The position numbers and the translations under genes were made by a program. From NCBI GenBank assembly GCA_013316045.1, contig WSNJ01000002.1:743-64742 (forward strand): 64,000 bases of DNA, read 5' to 3'. How positions within the stretch are numbered: the stretch's first letter is position 1; every line of letters starts with the position of its first letter. Source of the stretch: Clostridia bacterium. Lineage in GTDB: Bacteria; Bacillota; Clostridia; Christensenellales; Pumilibacteraceae. Shown here one piece after another: positions 25,783 to 35,873 of the stretch. Below the pieces are notes generated by a model. That model was not told where the DNA came from, ran no database searches, and worked only from the letters and a program-made list of their open reading frames with translations.

Positions 25783-26433
25783 ATGGACGCGGAAAAAGCA
25801 AAAGATATTCTGAGCAAACTCGAAAACGCGTATCCCGACGCGCATTGCGAGCTTAATTTTTCTACGCCGTTCGAGTTGCTTGTGGCGACTGTTTTGTCGG
25901 CGCAGTGTACCGATAAGCGCGTAAACGAAGTAACGGGAGTACTTTTCAAAAAGTACTCTACGCCGCAGGATTTCGCGTCGCTCGATTATGCGGAGCTTGA
26001 AAGCCTTATTTTTTCGTGCGGCTTTTACCGCAATAAGGCAAAAAACATAATCGAATGCTCGCGCAAGCTGTTAACCGACTACGGCGGACAAGTTCCCGAC
26101 GATTTCGACGCGCTTCTGTCGCTTCCGGGGGTCGGACGCAAAACGGCTAACGTAGTAATGGCTAACGCTTTTAACGGCAACAACATAGCGGTTGATACGC
26201 ACGTGTTCAGAGTCAGCCGCAGGCTCGGATTTTCGGACGGGAAAACGCCGTTCGAAGTCGAAAAGGATTTAATGCGGCTTTTGGACGAAAACGTGTACAG
26301 CTACGCGCATCACTTGCTTATTTTCCACGGCAGATATTGCTGTAAATCTCAGTCGCCGAAATGCAGTATTTGTCCGTTGGGCGATTGCAGGTATCTTAAC
26401 GATAATACATATAATGAGGTCAGACATAAATGA
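25783..26433 (+). CDS. nth: endonuclease III
   Basis: HhH motif LPGVGRKTANVV, catalytic region, and the C-terminal 4Fe-4S cluster C-x6-C-x2-C-x5-C (CKSQSPKCSICPLGDC). Confidence 0.9.
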   Translation: MDAEKAKDILSKLENAYPDAHCELNFSTPFELLVATVLSAQCTDKRVNEVTGVLFKKYSTPQDFASLDYAELESLIFSCGFYRNKAKNIIECSRKLLTDYGGQVPDDFDALLSLPGVGRKTANVVMANAFNGNNIAVDTHVFRVSRRLGFSDGKTPFEVEKDLMRLLDENVYSYAHHLLIFHGRYCCKSQSPKCSICPLGDCRYLNDNTYNEVRHK

Positions 26434-27260
26434 ACAAAATTCTCGCAAAACGCAAACTCGCTCCTAACGTTACGGAGTACGTGGTTGACGCGCCGCGCGT
26501 TGCCAAGCACGCAAACGCGGGTCAGTTTATTATATTGAGAGTGGACGAAGACGGCGAAAGAGTGCCTTTTACTATTTGCGATTTCGACCGCGAAAAGGGT
26601 ACCGTTACTATTTTGGTGCAGGAGATTGGATACTCTACCATAAAGCTGAATTCGCTCGGAGTGGGCGACTGTATTCACGACTTCGTAGGTCCGCTCGGCA
26701 AGCCCACCGATTTGTCGGAGTTCAAGAATATAGTTCTTGTCGGCGGCGGAATAGGAACGGCGGTAATTTATCCGCAAGCCAAGAACCTTAAAAGAGAAGG
26801 CAAGCCCGCGGACGTAATAGTCGGCGCACGCAATAAAGAGCTTATTATGTACGAAAAAGAATTCCGCGAAAGCGCGAGAGAACTCTTTTTAACGACCGAC
26901 GACGGGTCTTACGTGCGTAAAGGTTTTGTAACCGACGTCTTAAAAGAACTAATACCGATTAAAAAATACGATTGCGTGTTTGCGGTGGGTCCTATGCCGA
27001 TGATGCGCGCCGTATCGGAACTCACGCGCGAAATGAAAATCCCCACCGTTATAAGTATGAACTCTATTATGGTTGACGGAACGGGCATGTGCGGTTGCTG
27101 TCGTTTAACCGTCGGCGGCGAAACGAAGTATGCGTGCATTCACGGACCGGAGTTCGACGGTCATCTCGTGGATTGGGCGGAAGCTATAAACCGTTCGCGC
27201 GTGTTTAAGGAGCAGGAGAAGGAACATCTGTGCTTTTTGAAGGTAGATTCATCACGGTAG
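26430..27260 (+). CDS. sulfide/dihydroorotate dehydrogenase-like FAD/NAD-binding protein (NfnA-like)
   Basis: FNR-like fold (GQFIILR, RVPFTI, GGGIGTA) with a C-terminal CGCCRL...C 2Fe-2S motif. It overlaps nth by 4 nt. Confidence 0.8.
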   Translation: MNKILAKRKLAPNVTEYVVDAPRVAKHANAGQFIILRVDEDGERVPFTICDFDREKGTVTILVQEIGYSTIKLNSLGVGDCIHDFVGPLGKPTDLSEFKNIVLVGGGIGTAVIYPQAKNLKREGKPADVIVGARNKELIMYEKEFRESARELFLTTDDGSYVRKGFVTDVLKELIPIKKYDCVFAVGPMPMMRAVSELTREMKIPTVISMNSIMVDGTGMCGCCRLTVGGETKYACIHGPEFDGHLVDWAEAINRSRVFKEQEKEHLCFLKVDSSR

Positions 27261-27308
27261 ACTTTGCCTTCAAAATACGAACTTATAATAGGAGTTACAT
27301 CTATCAAA

Positions 27309-28688
27309 ATGGCTGTGATAAAGAGAAACAGAACTAAAATGCCCGAACAGAACGCGGCAGTGCGCGCGCGCAATTTCGACGAAGTATCTCTCGGCTTTGA
27401 CTCGGAGCAGGCTAAATGCGAAGCGGAAAGGTGCCTTAATTGCAAAAACGCGCCTTGCAAGACGGGTTGCCCCGTCGGCGTAAACATTCCCGAATTTCTG
27501 CAAGAGCTCAGAAACGGCGACGTTGCGGCTGCGGGTAAGATAATCAAGTCGACTAACAGTTTGCCGTCGGTTTGCGGCAGAGTTTGTCCGCAGGAAAATC
27601 AGTGCGAAAAAATGTGCGTCCGCGCAAAAATGGAAGGCGCGGTTGCGATAGGCTCGTGCGAAAGATTTGTCGGCGACTATATGTTGAAAAACGGAGCGCA
27701 AGCCGAGAAAGTAAAGAGCTGCGGCAAAAAGGTAGCCGTTATAGGTTCGGGACCCGCGGGTCTTACGTGCGCGGCGGAGCTTGCCAACCACGGTGTGGAA
27801 GTAACCGTTTTCGAAGCGTTCCATAAGGCGGGCGGCGTGCTTGTGTACGGAATCCCCGAATTCAGATTGCCGAAAGAACTCGTTCAGGCAGAGATAGACG
27901 CACTCAAAGAAAAGGGCGTAAAAATTGAGCTTAATACCGTTGCGGGCAAGTCGGTTACCGTAGAAGAACTGCGGAAAGAATACGACGCGGTGTTTATCGG
28001 GAGCGGCGCGGGACTTCCTATGTTTATGAAGATAGCTGGCGAAAACCTGAACGGCGTTTTGTCGGCAAACGAGTACTTGACCCGCGTTAACCTTATGAAG
28101 GCTTACAAAAAGGAAAGCCCTACGCCCGTACAGTCTGGTAAAAACGTAGCCGTTATAGGCGCGGGAAACGTAGCAATGGACGCGGCGAGAACGGCTCTCA
28201 GGCTCGGCGCGGAAACGGTAACGATTGTTTACCGCCGCGGCAGAGAAGAAATGCCGGCTCGCGCGGAAGAAATTCACCACGCGCTCGAAGAAGGCATAAA
28301 ACTCGAATTGCTTACAAATCCTATCGAAATGATAGGCGACGAGAACGGACGCGTTAAGTCGCTCAGATGCGTAAGAATGCAGCTCGGCGAACCCGACGCA
28401 AGCGGCAGGCGTTCTCCGACCCCGATTGCGGGCAGTGAATTTATGCTCGACGCGGATATGGTTATAGTCGCGCTCGGCACAAGCCCTAACCCTATGATTA
28501 AAGACAGTTGCCCCGAAATCGGCACTTCCAAAAGGGGAACGCTCGTAGTCGACGAAGATATGATGACGAATCTCGACGGCGTATATGCGGGCGGCGACGC
28601 GGTAACGGGTGCGGCTACCGTAATACTCGCTATGGGCGCAGGACGGAAAGCGAGCTGCGCGATACTCGGAAAGTTGGGTGTGTTATAA
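27309..28688 (+). CDS. NADPH-dependent glutamate synthase small-chain homologue (NfnB/GltD-like)
   Basis: Two Fe-S Cys clusters (CLNCKNAPC..., CPQENQCE), and two dinucleotide folds VAVIGSGPAGL and VAVIGAGNVAMD. The start choice (ATG 27309 versus 27339) is uncertain. Confidence 0.85.
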   Translation: MAVIKRNRTKMPEQNAAVRARNFDEVSLGFDSEQAKCEAERCLNCKNAPCKTGCPVGVNIPEFLQELRNGDVAAAGKIIKSTNSLPSVCGRVCPQENQCEKMCVRAKMEGAVAIGSCERFVGDYMLKNGAQAEKVKSCGKKVAVIGSGPAGLTCAAELANHGVEVTVFEAFHKAGGVLVYGIPEFRLPKELVQAEIDALKEKGVKIELNTVAGKSVTVEELRKEYDAVFIGSGAGLPMFMKIAGENLNGVLSANEYLTRVNLMKAYKKESPTPVQSGKNVAVIGAGNVAMDAARTALRLGAETVTIVYRRGREEMPARAEEIHHALEEGIKLELLTNPIEMIGDENGRVKSLRCVRMQLGEPDASGRRSPTPIAGSEFMLDADMVIVALGTSPNPMIKDSCPEIGTSKRGTLVVDEDMMTNLDGVYAGGDAVTGAATVILAMGAGRKASCAILGKLGVL

Positions 28689-28702
28689 AAGGAAAATAAT
28701 AA

Positions 28703-29962
<1,260 letters not shown>

Positions 29963-29973
29963 GGGAAATAACA

Positions 29974-31509
29974 ATGACAGCAAAAGAAAATAAATCAGTA
30001 AGTAAGACTGCCGTATTCGGCGGAAGTTTCGACCCGCCGCACAGGGGGCATATCTCCGTTATTAAGCGTCTTGCAAAAAAATTCGACCGCGTAGTCGTAG
30101 TTCCGAGCTTTATTTCGCCTTTCAAACGCGACGCGAAAGCAGTTAGCGGCGAAAGCCGCATAAAAATGCTCGAAGCGGCGGTAGGTCAAATCGAAAACGT
30201 GGTTATTTCCGATTACGAGCTTAAAAAGGGCGGCATAAGTTACAGCGCGGAAACAATGGAATACTTTTCGCGCGAATACGCAGGCGACGAGCTTACGTTG
30301 GTTATAGGTACGGATATGGTCGAGCGCCTTGACGAGTGGAAAGACTTCGGGCGTCTTGTTTCGCTTTGTTCGTTCTTCGTCGTAAAGCGCGAAGGTTACG
30401 ATATCGAAAAGGACAGCTTTATCGTCCGCTCGCTTGAAGAAAAGGGCGCGAGAATAAAATTCGGCGGTTTCAAAGTCAAGAATTATTCTTCCACTTTGGG
30501 CAGAGTTTCCGCCGCGTTCGGCAAGTCGGAAATTGTCGGCAAAGACGTTCTCGGCGTTATCGCGGAAGAAAATCTGTATTCGGAACACGACGATATTTTC
30601 GCGGCTTACAAAACGTTCAAAATGAAAAAGGCGCGCATAAACCATACGTACCGCACTGTAAAAGCCGCCGTGCGCCTTGCTATGCGTTACGGCGTTGATA
30701 TAAATAAAACGGTTACGGCGGCAATGCTCCACGATATAGGCAAGTATGCGGACGAAAAAACGCTTACCGAAAACGGCGTTACGGTAGACAGAAAAGTCTA
30801 TTCCTTGCCCGAAGCCATAGTTCACGCGCCTGTCGGAGCGCAGATTGCAAAGCAGTATCTCGGCGTTAAGGACAAAGAGATTATTGACGCAATCGCCGAA
30901 CATACGACGGGCAGCGAGAATATGAGCACGCTGTCGAAGATTATTTTTCTTGCCGATTATATAGAAGACAAACGCGATTTCGAAAATCTCGACCTTATAA
31001 GAAAGAAAGCGTTTGAATCGCTTGACGGCGGACTTATTGCCGCGCTCGAAAACACGGTAGAATACTTGCGCCGCGAAAATGCGGAAATCGCGCCGCAAAC
31101 TCTCAAAGCGCTCGAATATTACCGCGGCGGCGGAAAGACGCGCAGACCATCAAAAAAGGGCGGTTCTCCGTCATACGAGCTTGCGTATACGATGGCTCAG
31201 TATCTCGACGACAAAAAGGCGCGCGATATAACGCTGATAGACTTATCGGGCAAAACAATCATCGCCGATTATTTTGTTATAGCAACCGTCGGTTCGACTA
31301 CGGCGGTGCGTGCGCTGACGGACTTTATAGACGAAAAACTGTCGAAAGACCACGGCGTAGAGCCTTTAAGGCGCGATATTGACGCAAAGTGGGCGGCTAT
31401 CGACTACGGCAGCGTAATTATGCACATTCAGTGCGAAGACACTCGGAAGTTCTACGATTTGGAACGGCTTTGGTCGGACGGCTCGAACGTAGAGCGTTTC
31501 GGCATTTAG
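29974..31509 (+). CDS. fused nicotinate-nucleotide adenylyltransferase NadD / YqeK HD-phosphohydrolase / ribosome silencing factor RsfS
   Basis: aa 1-202 is NadD (GGSFDPPHRGH). aa ~205-383 is the YqeK HD domain (HTYRTV..., LHDIGK). aa 384-400 is a basic Gly-rich linker. aa 401-511 is RsfS (ITLIDLSGKTIIADYFVIATVGST..., WAAIDYGSVIMHI). It is one uninterrupted frame. Confidence 0.85.
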   Translation: MTAKENKSVSKTAVFGGSFDPPHRGHISVIKRLAKKFDRVVVVPSFISPFKRDAKAVSGESRIKMLEAAVGQIENVVISDYELKKGGISYSAETMEYFSREYAGDELTLVIGTDMVERLDEWKDFGRLVSLCSFFVVKREGYDIEKDSFIVRSLEEKGARIKFGGFKVKNYSSTLGRVSAAFGKSEIVGKDVLGVIAEENLYSEHDDIFAAYKTFKMKKARINHTYRTVKAAVRLAMRYGVDINKTVTAAMLHDIGKYADEKTLTENGVTVDRKVYSLPEAIVHAPVGAQIAKQYLGVKDKEIIDAIAEHTTGSENMSTLSKIIFLADYIEDKRDFENLDLIRKKAFESLDGGLIAALENTVEYLRRENAEIAPQTLKALEYYRGGGKTRRPSKKGGSPSYELAYTMAQYLDDKKARDITLIDLSGKTIIADYFVIATVGSTTAVRALTDFIDEKLSKDHGVEPLRRDIDAKWAAIDYGSVIMHIQCEDTRKFYDLERLWSDGSNVERFGI

Positions 31510-31521
31510 GAGATAAACCGT

Positions 31522-32406
31522 TTGGGTTGGGAAGCGCAAATAATAGCGTGGTTGCAGGGCGGCTCGTGCACGTTCCTTGATTATCTTTTCCTTTTCTTGA
31601 CGCAGTTCGGCGATGAGTTGTTTTTTCTGCTTGCCGGCATAATTATTTATTGGTGCGTAGATAAACGGTATGCTTTCAAATTCGTAAACGTATTTCTTTG
31701 TTGCAGTATAGTCGTTAACGGTATAAAAATGCTCGTTAAGCGTCCGCGCCCGTTTAACCGCTACGACGGCTTGGTAAAGTCGATAGGCAAAAAGACGGGC
31801 GGTTATTCTTTTCCGAGCGGACACAGCGCAAGCATAACCAACTTATCGACCCAAGCGTATATTAAATTCCGAAAAACCGATTACGCAAGATTTGCGCTTA
31901 TAGGCGGCATAGCTATAAGCGTAATAGTTATGCTTTCACGCCTGTATCTGGGTCAGCACTACTTAACCGACGTACTGACGGGTGCGGCTGTCGGCATAGG
32001 CTCTGCCGTGCTGTTTTCGTATCTTTTCGAACTGTTGAAAGATAACGAGCATAAAATGGTTTACGTTGTTTTTCCGTTGTGCGTGGTTCTTACCGTTATA
32101 ATTTTCGCTTGCGGCATACAGGGCGGTATGGACGACGTAGTAAAAGTCGCGGGCGGCTACTCGGCGTTTACGCTCGGTTACTACGTAGAAAAACGGTTTG
32201 TGCGCTACGACGTAAAAAGCGGAAAGCTGTGGAAGCACGCGGTAAAAGTGATATTCGGCGCGGCGGTGGCTGTCGGTATAAAAGAAGGTCTTAAATACGT
32301 TTTCCCCGCGGATAACGTATTTCTGATAGGTTTTCTGCGCTATTTTCTGCTTGCGGCGTGGGCGGCGGTCGGCGCGCCCGCCATTTTCAAAGTTTTGAAA
32401 ATATAA
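31522..32406 (+). CDS. PAP2 family phosphatase
   Basis: KMLVKRPRP, PSGHSAS, SRLYLGQHYLTD. TTG start 9 nt after AGGAG. Confidence 0.8.
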   Translation: MGWEAQIIAWLQGGSCTFLDYLFLFLTQFGDELFFLLAGIIIYWCVDKRYAFKFVNVFLCCSIVVNGIKMLVKRPRPFNRYDGLVKSIGKKTGGYSFPSGHSASITNLSTQAYIKFRKTDYARFALIGGIAISVIVMLSRLYLGQHYLTDVLTGAAVGIGSAVLFSYLFELLKDNEHKMVYVVFPLCVVLTVIIFACGIQGGMDDVVKVAGGYSAFTLGYYVEKRFVRYDVKSGKLWKHAVKVIFGAAVAVGIKEGLKYVFPADNVFLIGFLRYFLLAAWAAVGAPAIFKVLKI

Positions 32407-32417
32407 CGTTAAATCGC

Positions 32418-32446
32418 TTGATTTTATGCGCTTACGGGTATATAAT
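32418..32446 (+). promoter_or_regulatory. sigma-70 promoter of the FMN riboswitch-ribU unit
   Basis: TTGATT, 17 nt, TATAAT. The predicted start falls at the 5' end of the riboswitch. Confidence 0.65.
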
Positions 32447-32451
32447 ATAAG

Positions 32452-32580
32452 AGAACTTAGGGGCGGGGCGAAATTCCCCACCGGCGGTTAAAGTCCGCTA
32501 AGACGTTGTTTCAGCGTCCCGAACGGGTGAAATTCCCGTACCGACGGTACAGTCCGGATACGATAAGTCGAAACATATAT
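32452..32580 (+). promoter_or_regulatory. FMN riboswitch (RFN element)
   Basis: GGGGCGGGGCGAAATTCCCCACCGGCGGT ... GGGTGAAATTCCCGTACCGACGGTACAGTCCGGATA matches the conserved RFN core. The P1 helix is ACTTA/TAAGT. Confidence 0.85.
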
Positions 32581-32637
32581 CTTTTTTCGTATATTTTTTT
32601 CGCGTTCCTTTGTATTTCACTTTGGAGCGTGTTTTTT

Positions 32638-33282
32638 ATGAAAAACAAGTTTTTTAACACAAGGACAATCGTAACCGTCGCAATGCTCACCGTAATAGGT
32701 TACGCGCTGAGCTATCTCGAATTTCCGATTTTTCCCGCCGCGCCGTTTCTCAAACTCGATTTCTCGACCTTTGCGACGCTGTTCGGCGGTTATATGTTCG
32801 GTTTTCCCGGCGCGCTTATAATAGAAGGTATAAAACAGCTTCTGATATGGGGAACGAAATCCACTACGGGCGGTGTGGGCGAGATAGCCAACTTTCTTAT
32901 GGCGACGGCGTTTGTTATTGTTCCCACGGTAATGTATAGGTTCAAAAAAGGCATAGGTTGGGTAGTGCTCGGGCTTAGCGTAGGTTGCGTGTGTCAGATA
33001 GGCGCGTCGCTCTTGTGCAACCGCTACATAAATTTCCCGCTGTTTATGGGCGCGGGAGCAAAGTCTGCGTTTGAATCGCTCTGGGGTTTCGTGCTTGCGT
33101 TCAACGCGATAAAATCGGTAGCGGTAAGCGTGCTTGTATTTTTCTTATACAAACGGCTGTCCTTTATTCTGAAACGGTACTTTCTGGAAAGACCGAAGAA
33201 AGAAATGGCGTCCGTTGCGGACGGCGCGGAAACAGTGAGCGAAACGGAATCGGAAAAGAAAACGGACAATATATCTCAATAG
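32638..33282 (+). CDS. ribU: ECF transporter S component, riboflavin-type (RibU-like)
   Basis: A ~6-TM protein directly behind the FMN riboswitch. The start was moved to ATG 32638 (SD GGAG), because the ORF-track extension covers the riboswitch. Confidence 0.8.
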   Translation: MKNKFFNTRTIVTVAMLTVIGYALSYLEFPIFPAAPFLKLDFSTFATLFGGYMFGFPGALIIEGIKQLLIWGTKSTTGGVGEIANFLMATAFVIVPTVMYRFKKGIGWVVLGLSVGCVCQIGASLLCNRYINFPLFMGAGAKSAFESLWGFVLAFNAIKSVAVSVLVFFLYKRLSFILKRYFLERPKKEMASVADGAETVSETESEKKTDNISQ

Positions 33283-33283
33283 C

Positions 33284-33312
33284 TTGCGTATTTTCCCGAT
33301 AAATAGTATAAT
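33284..33312 (+). promoter_or_regulatory. sigma-70-like promoter placed for a leaderless tsaE mRNA
   Basis: TTGCGT, 17 nt, TATAAT, then 7 nt (AAACGTG) before ATG 33320. Confidence 0.45.
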
Positions 33313-33319
33313 AAACGTG

Positions 33320-33745
33320 ATGAAGTTTGTTTGCGTCAGTGAAGAAGAAACGAAATCGTTGGGCGAAAAGTTCGGCGCGGGTTTACGTGGCGGAAGCATT
33401 GTGCTTTTGTCGGGCGAACTCGGCGCGGGTAAGACCGTTTTTACAAAGGGTATCGCAAAGGCGCTCGGCGTTAAGGAGAGCGTTTTGAGTCCGACGTTTA
33501 CCGTAATGAACGAATATGACGGCGAAAAAATGCGTCTTTGCCATTTCGACGCGTATAGACTGCGTTGCGGCGACGATGCGGTCGAAGCGGGGCTTGCGGA
33601 CTATATAGGCGAAAAAAATACCGTCTGCGTTATCGAATGGTTTGAAAACATTGCGGATATTCTGCCCGCTCGCGGCGTAAAACAAGTCAGAATAAGCTAT
33701 TCGGGCGAGAACGAAAGGGAGATAGAAATATCCGATGACAAGTAA
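33320..33745 (+). CDS. tsaE: tRNA t6A37 threonylcarbamoyltransferase complex ATPase TsaE
   Basis: GELGAGKT P-loop, SPTF, HFDAYRL. Confidence 0.85.
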   Translation: MKFVCVSEEETKSLGEKFGAGLRGGSIVLLSGELGAGKTVFTKGIAKALGVKESVLSPTFTVMNEYDGEKMRLCHFDAYRLRCGDDAVEAGLADYIGEKNTVCVIEWFENIADILPARGVKQVRISYSGENEREIEISDDK

Positions 33746-34025
33746 ACAGAGAGCCGCTTTGCGGTCGGTTGCGGCGGGAATAGAACCGTGTTTTCAGATA
33801 GGAAAGGGCGATATTACCGATAATCAGGTTGTGGGAATCTCGGGAGCGTTGCAGACTCGGGAGCTTATCAAAATCAACGTTTTGAAAAGCTGTTCGCTCG
33901 ACGCGAAAGAAGCGGCGGCGGAAATCGGCGCAAAAACGGGCGCGGAAGTCGTGGCAGTTACGGGAAATAAAATAGTTTTGTACCGCTTTTCCGATAAGGA
34001 CGGCGTTAAGCATATCGAGTTTTAA
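33735..34025 (+). CDS. yhbY: YhbY/CRS1-domain RNA-binding protein
   Basis: LTSKQRAALRS...FQIGKGDITDN...LIKINVL pattern. Confidence 0.8.
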   Translation: MTSKQRAALRSVAAGIEPCFQIGKGDITDNQVVGISGALQTRELIKINVLKSCSLDAKEAAAEIGAKTGAEVVAVTGNKIVLYRFSDKDGVKHIEF

Positions 34026-34029
34026 GAAA

Positions 34030-34683
34030 ATGAATTTTCTTGCGGTAAATGCGGCTGGCGAGAGCGTGGAAGTCGCGCTTAAAATTGACGGCAGAGAGTA
34101 CGTATCTTTCGACCCCGAATATAAAAAGGCGAGCGAAGTTCTCTTGTTGCTGATAGACAAGGTTTTTACCGAAGCGGGCGCGGATATTTCCGCGGTCGAT
34201 TTTTTCGCGTGTTGCGTCGGACCCGGGTCGTTTACCGGTATAAGGATAGGGCTTTCGACGGTGCGCGCGTTTTGTCAAAGCCTTAATAAACCCGCACTCG
34301 CGGTAACGAATACGCTTGCGCTTTCATATAATGTTAGCGTATCGGACGAAAGCATTGTTACGTTTTCCGACGCAGGCAACGGCTACGTTTATGCGGCTGT
34401 TTACGATAAGGACAGAAACGAAATTTTGCCGCCCGAATGTATTTCTACGGCGGATATAAACGAATTTCTGAGCGGTATCGTAAAGCCGTATTCCGTTTGC
34501 TGCGATTCGCTTTGCGCCGAACTTGTTCCGAATGCCTACGTGCGGAAAAACGGCGGAAACGCGCTTATCCGCGCCGTAGAACACGAAACGGCGCGCAGGG
34601 GAATGACAGACTATAAACGGTTAATACCGCTGTACGTGCGTAAATCTCAGGCGGAAACTTTCTTGGACGGGAAAAAGCTCTGA
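34030..34683 (+). CDS. tsaB: tRNA t6A37 biosynthesis protein TsaB
   Basis: GPGSFTGIRIGLS motif. Confidence 0.85.
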   Translation: MNFLAVNAAGESVEVALKIDGREYVSFDPEYKKASEVLLLLIDKVFTEAGADISAVDFFACCVGPGSFTGIRIGLSTVRAFCQSLNKPALAVTNTLALSYNVSVSDESIVTFSDAGNGYVYAAVYDKDRNEILPPECISTADINEFLSGIVKPYSVCCDSLCAELVPNAYVRKNGGNALIRAVEHETARRGMTDYKRLIPLYVRKSQAETFLDGKKL

Positions 34684-35120
34684 TGCGCGTAGAAGTGGAT
34701 AATGCGGAAGTCGGCGATATAAAAGAGCTTGTAAGGTTGGAAAGCAAATATATTCCGTGTCCGTGGAGCGAAAAACAATTACTGTCTGCGCTTAAAGACG
34801 AAAGATATTCTCTTTTTGTCGTGCGGATAGACGGAAAAGCGGTGTCATACGGCGGAGTGAGCATTGCGCTCGACGAAGCCGAAATATGCAACGTTGTAAC
34901 CGACGAAGGATTCCGCGGTCGCGGCTTTGCGGAAAGCGTTATCGACAGGATAACCGACGAGTGCGCGAAAAAGGGTGCGAAGAAAATATTTCTCGAAGTT
35001 GCCGAAAACAATTCGCCTGCGAAAAATCTTTACTTAAAAAAGGGGTTTGAGAAAATTTCCGAACGAAAGAATTATTACCGCTTGGGTCTTTCGGCGGAGA
35101 TAATGGAAAAGAAACTGTAA
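34683..35120 (+). CDS. rimI: ribosomal-protein-alanine N-acetyltransferase (GNAT)
   Basis: GNAT motif A (FRGRGFAESVI) in the tsaB-rimI context. TGATG overlap. Confidence 0.8.
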   Translation: MRVEVDNAEVGDIKELVRLESKYIPCPWSEKQLLSALKDERYSLFVVRIDGKAVSYGGVSIALDEAEICNVVTDEGFRGRGFAESVIDRITDECAKKGAKKIFLEVAENNSPAKNLYLKKGFEKISERKNYYRLGLSAEIMEKKL

Positions 35121-35138
35121 AAGGGAGCTTTCCGGGAA

Positions 35139-35855
35139 ATGGAAATTACCGTCAGCGGGATTAAAATTTCTTACGAAAGATATTACGGCGACGGCGTTCC
35201 CGTGTTGCTGTTGCACGGTTGGGGCGCAAGCGGAAAAGCGATGCGGGGACTGTTCGAGTTCGTAAAGTCGCTCGGGCGCAGTGCGATAACAATGGACTTT
35301 CCGTATTTCGGCGGGTCGGACGCTCCGCCGAGCGAATGGGGCGTTTACGATTACGCGCGCATAACGTATGAGTTTATGAAAGAAACGGGAGTCGGAAAAG
35401 CCGTGATAGTCGGGCATAGCTTCGGCGGGCGGATAGGAATCCTGCTTGCATCCGATTACGGAGCGGCGGAAAAGCTCGTTCTGATAGACAGCGCGGGATT
35501 AAAGCCGCGGCGCGGAATACGGTATAGGTTGAAAGTCGCGTCTTACAAATTAAAAAAGAAATTCGGACTGCAAAAAAGCGGCGCGGGGTCGGCGGACTAC
35601 AACGCGTTACCCGATGGTATGAAACCCGTTTTCGTAAGAGTGGTAAACACTCATCTCGATAAAAAACTTAAAGATATAACCGCTCCTACGCTGATAATAT
35701 GGGGCAAAAACGACAAAGACACGCCTATGTATATGGCGAAAAAGTTTGAAAGAAAAATAAAAGACAGCGGACTTGTGGCGCTTGACAATGCGGGGCATTT
35801 CTCGTATGCCGACAGATTCGCGGAAACTTGCGCTATTTTGGGCGCGTTTATATAA
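35139..35855 (+). CDS. alpha/beta hydrolase
   Basis: LLHGWG, nucleophile elbow GHSFGG, C-terminal D...H. Confidence 0.75.
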   Translation: MEITVSGIKISYERYYGDGVPVLLLHGWGASGKAMRGLFEFVKSLGRSAITMDFPYFGGSDAPPSEWGVYDYARITYEFMKETGVGKAVIVGHSFGGRIGILLASDYGAAEKLVLIDSAGLKPRRGIRYRLKVASYKLKKKFGLQKSGAGSADYNALPDGMKPVFVRVVNTHLDKKLKDITAPTLIIWGKNDKDTPMYMAKKFERKIKDSGLVALDNAGHFSYADRFAETCAILGAFI

Positions 35856-35873
35856 GGAGAACACTGTAAGACA

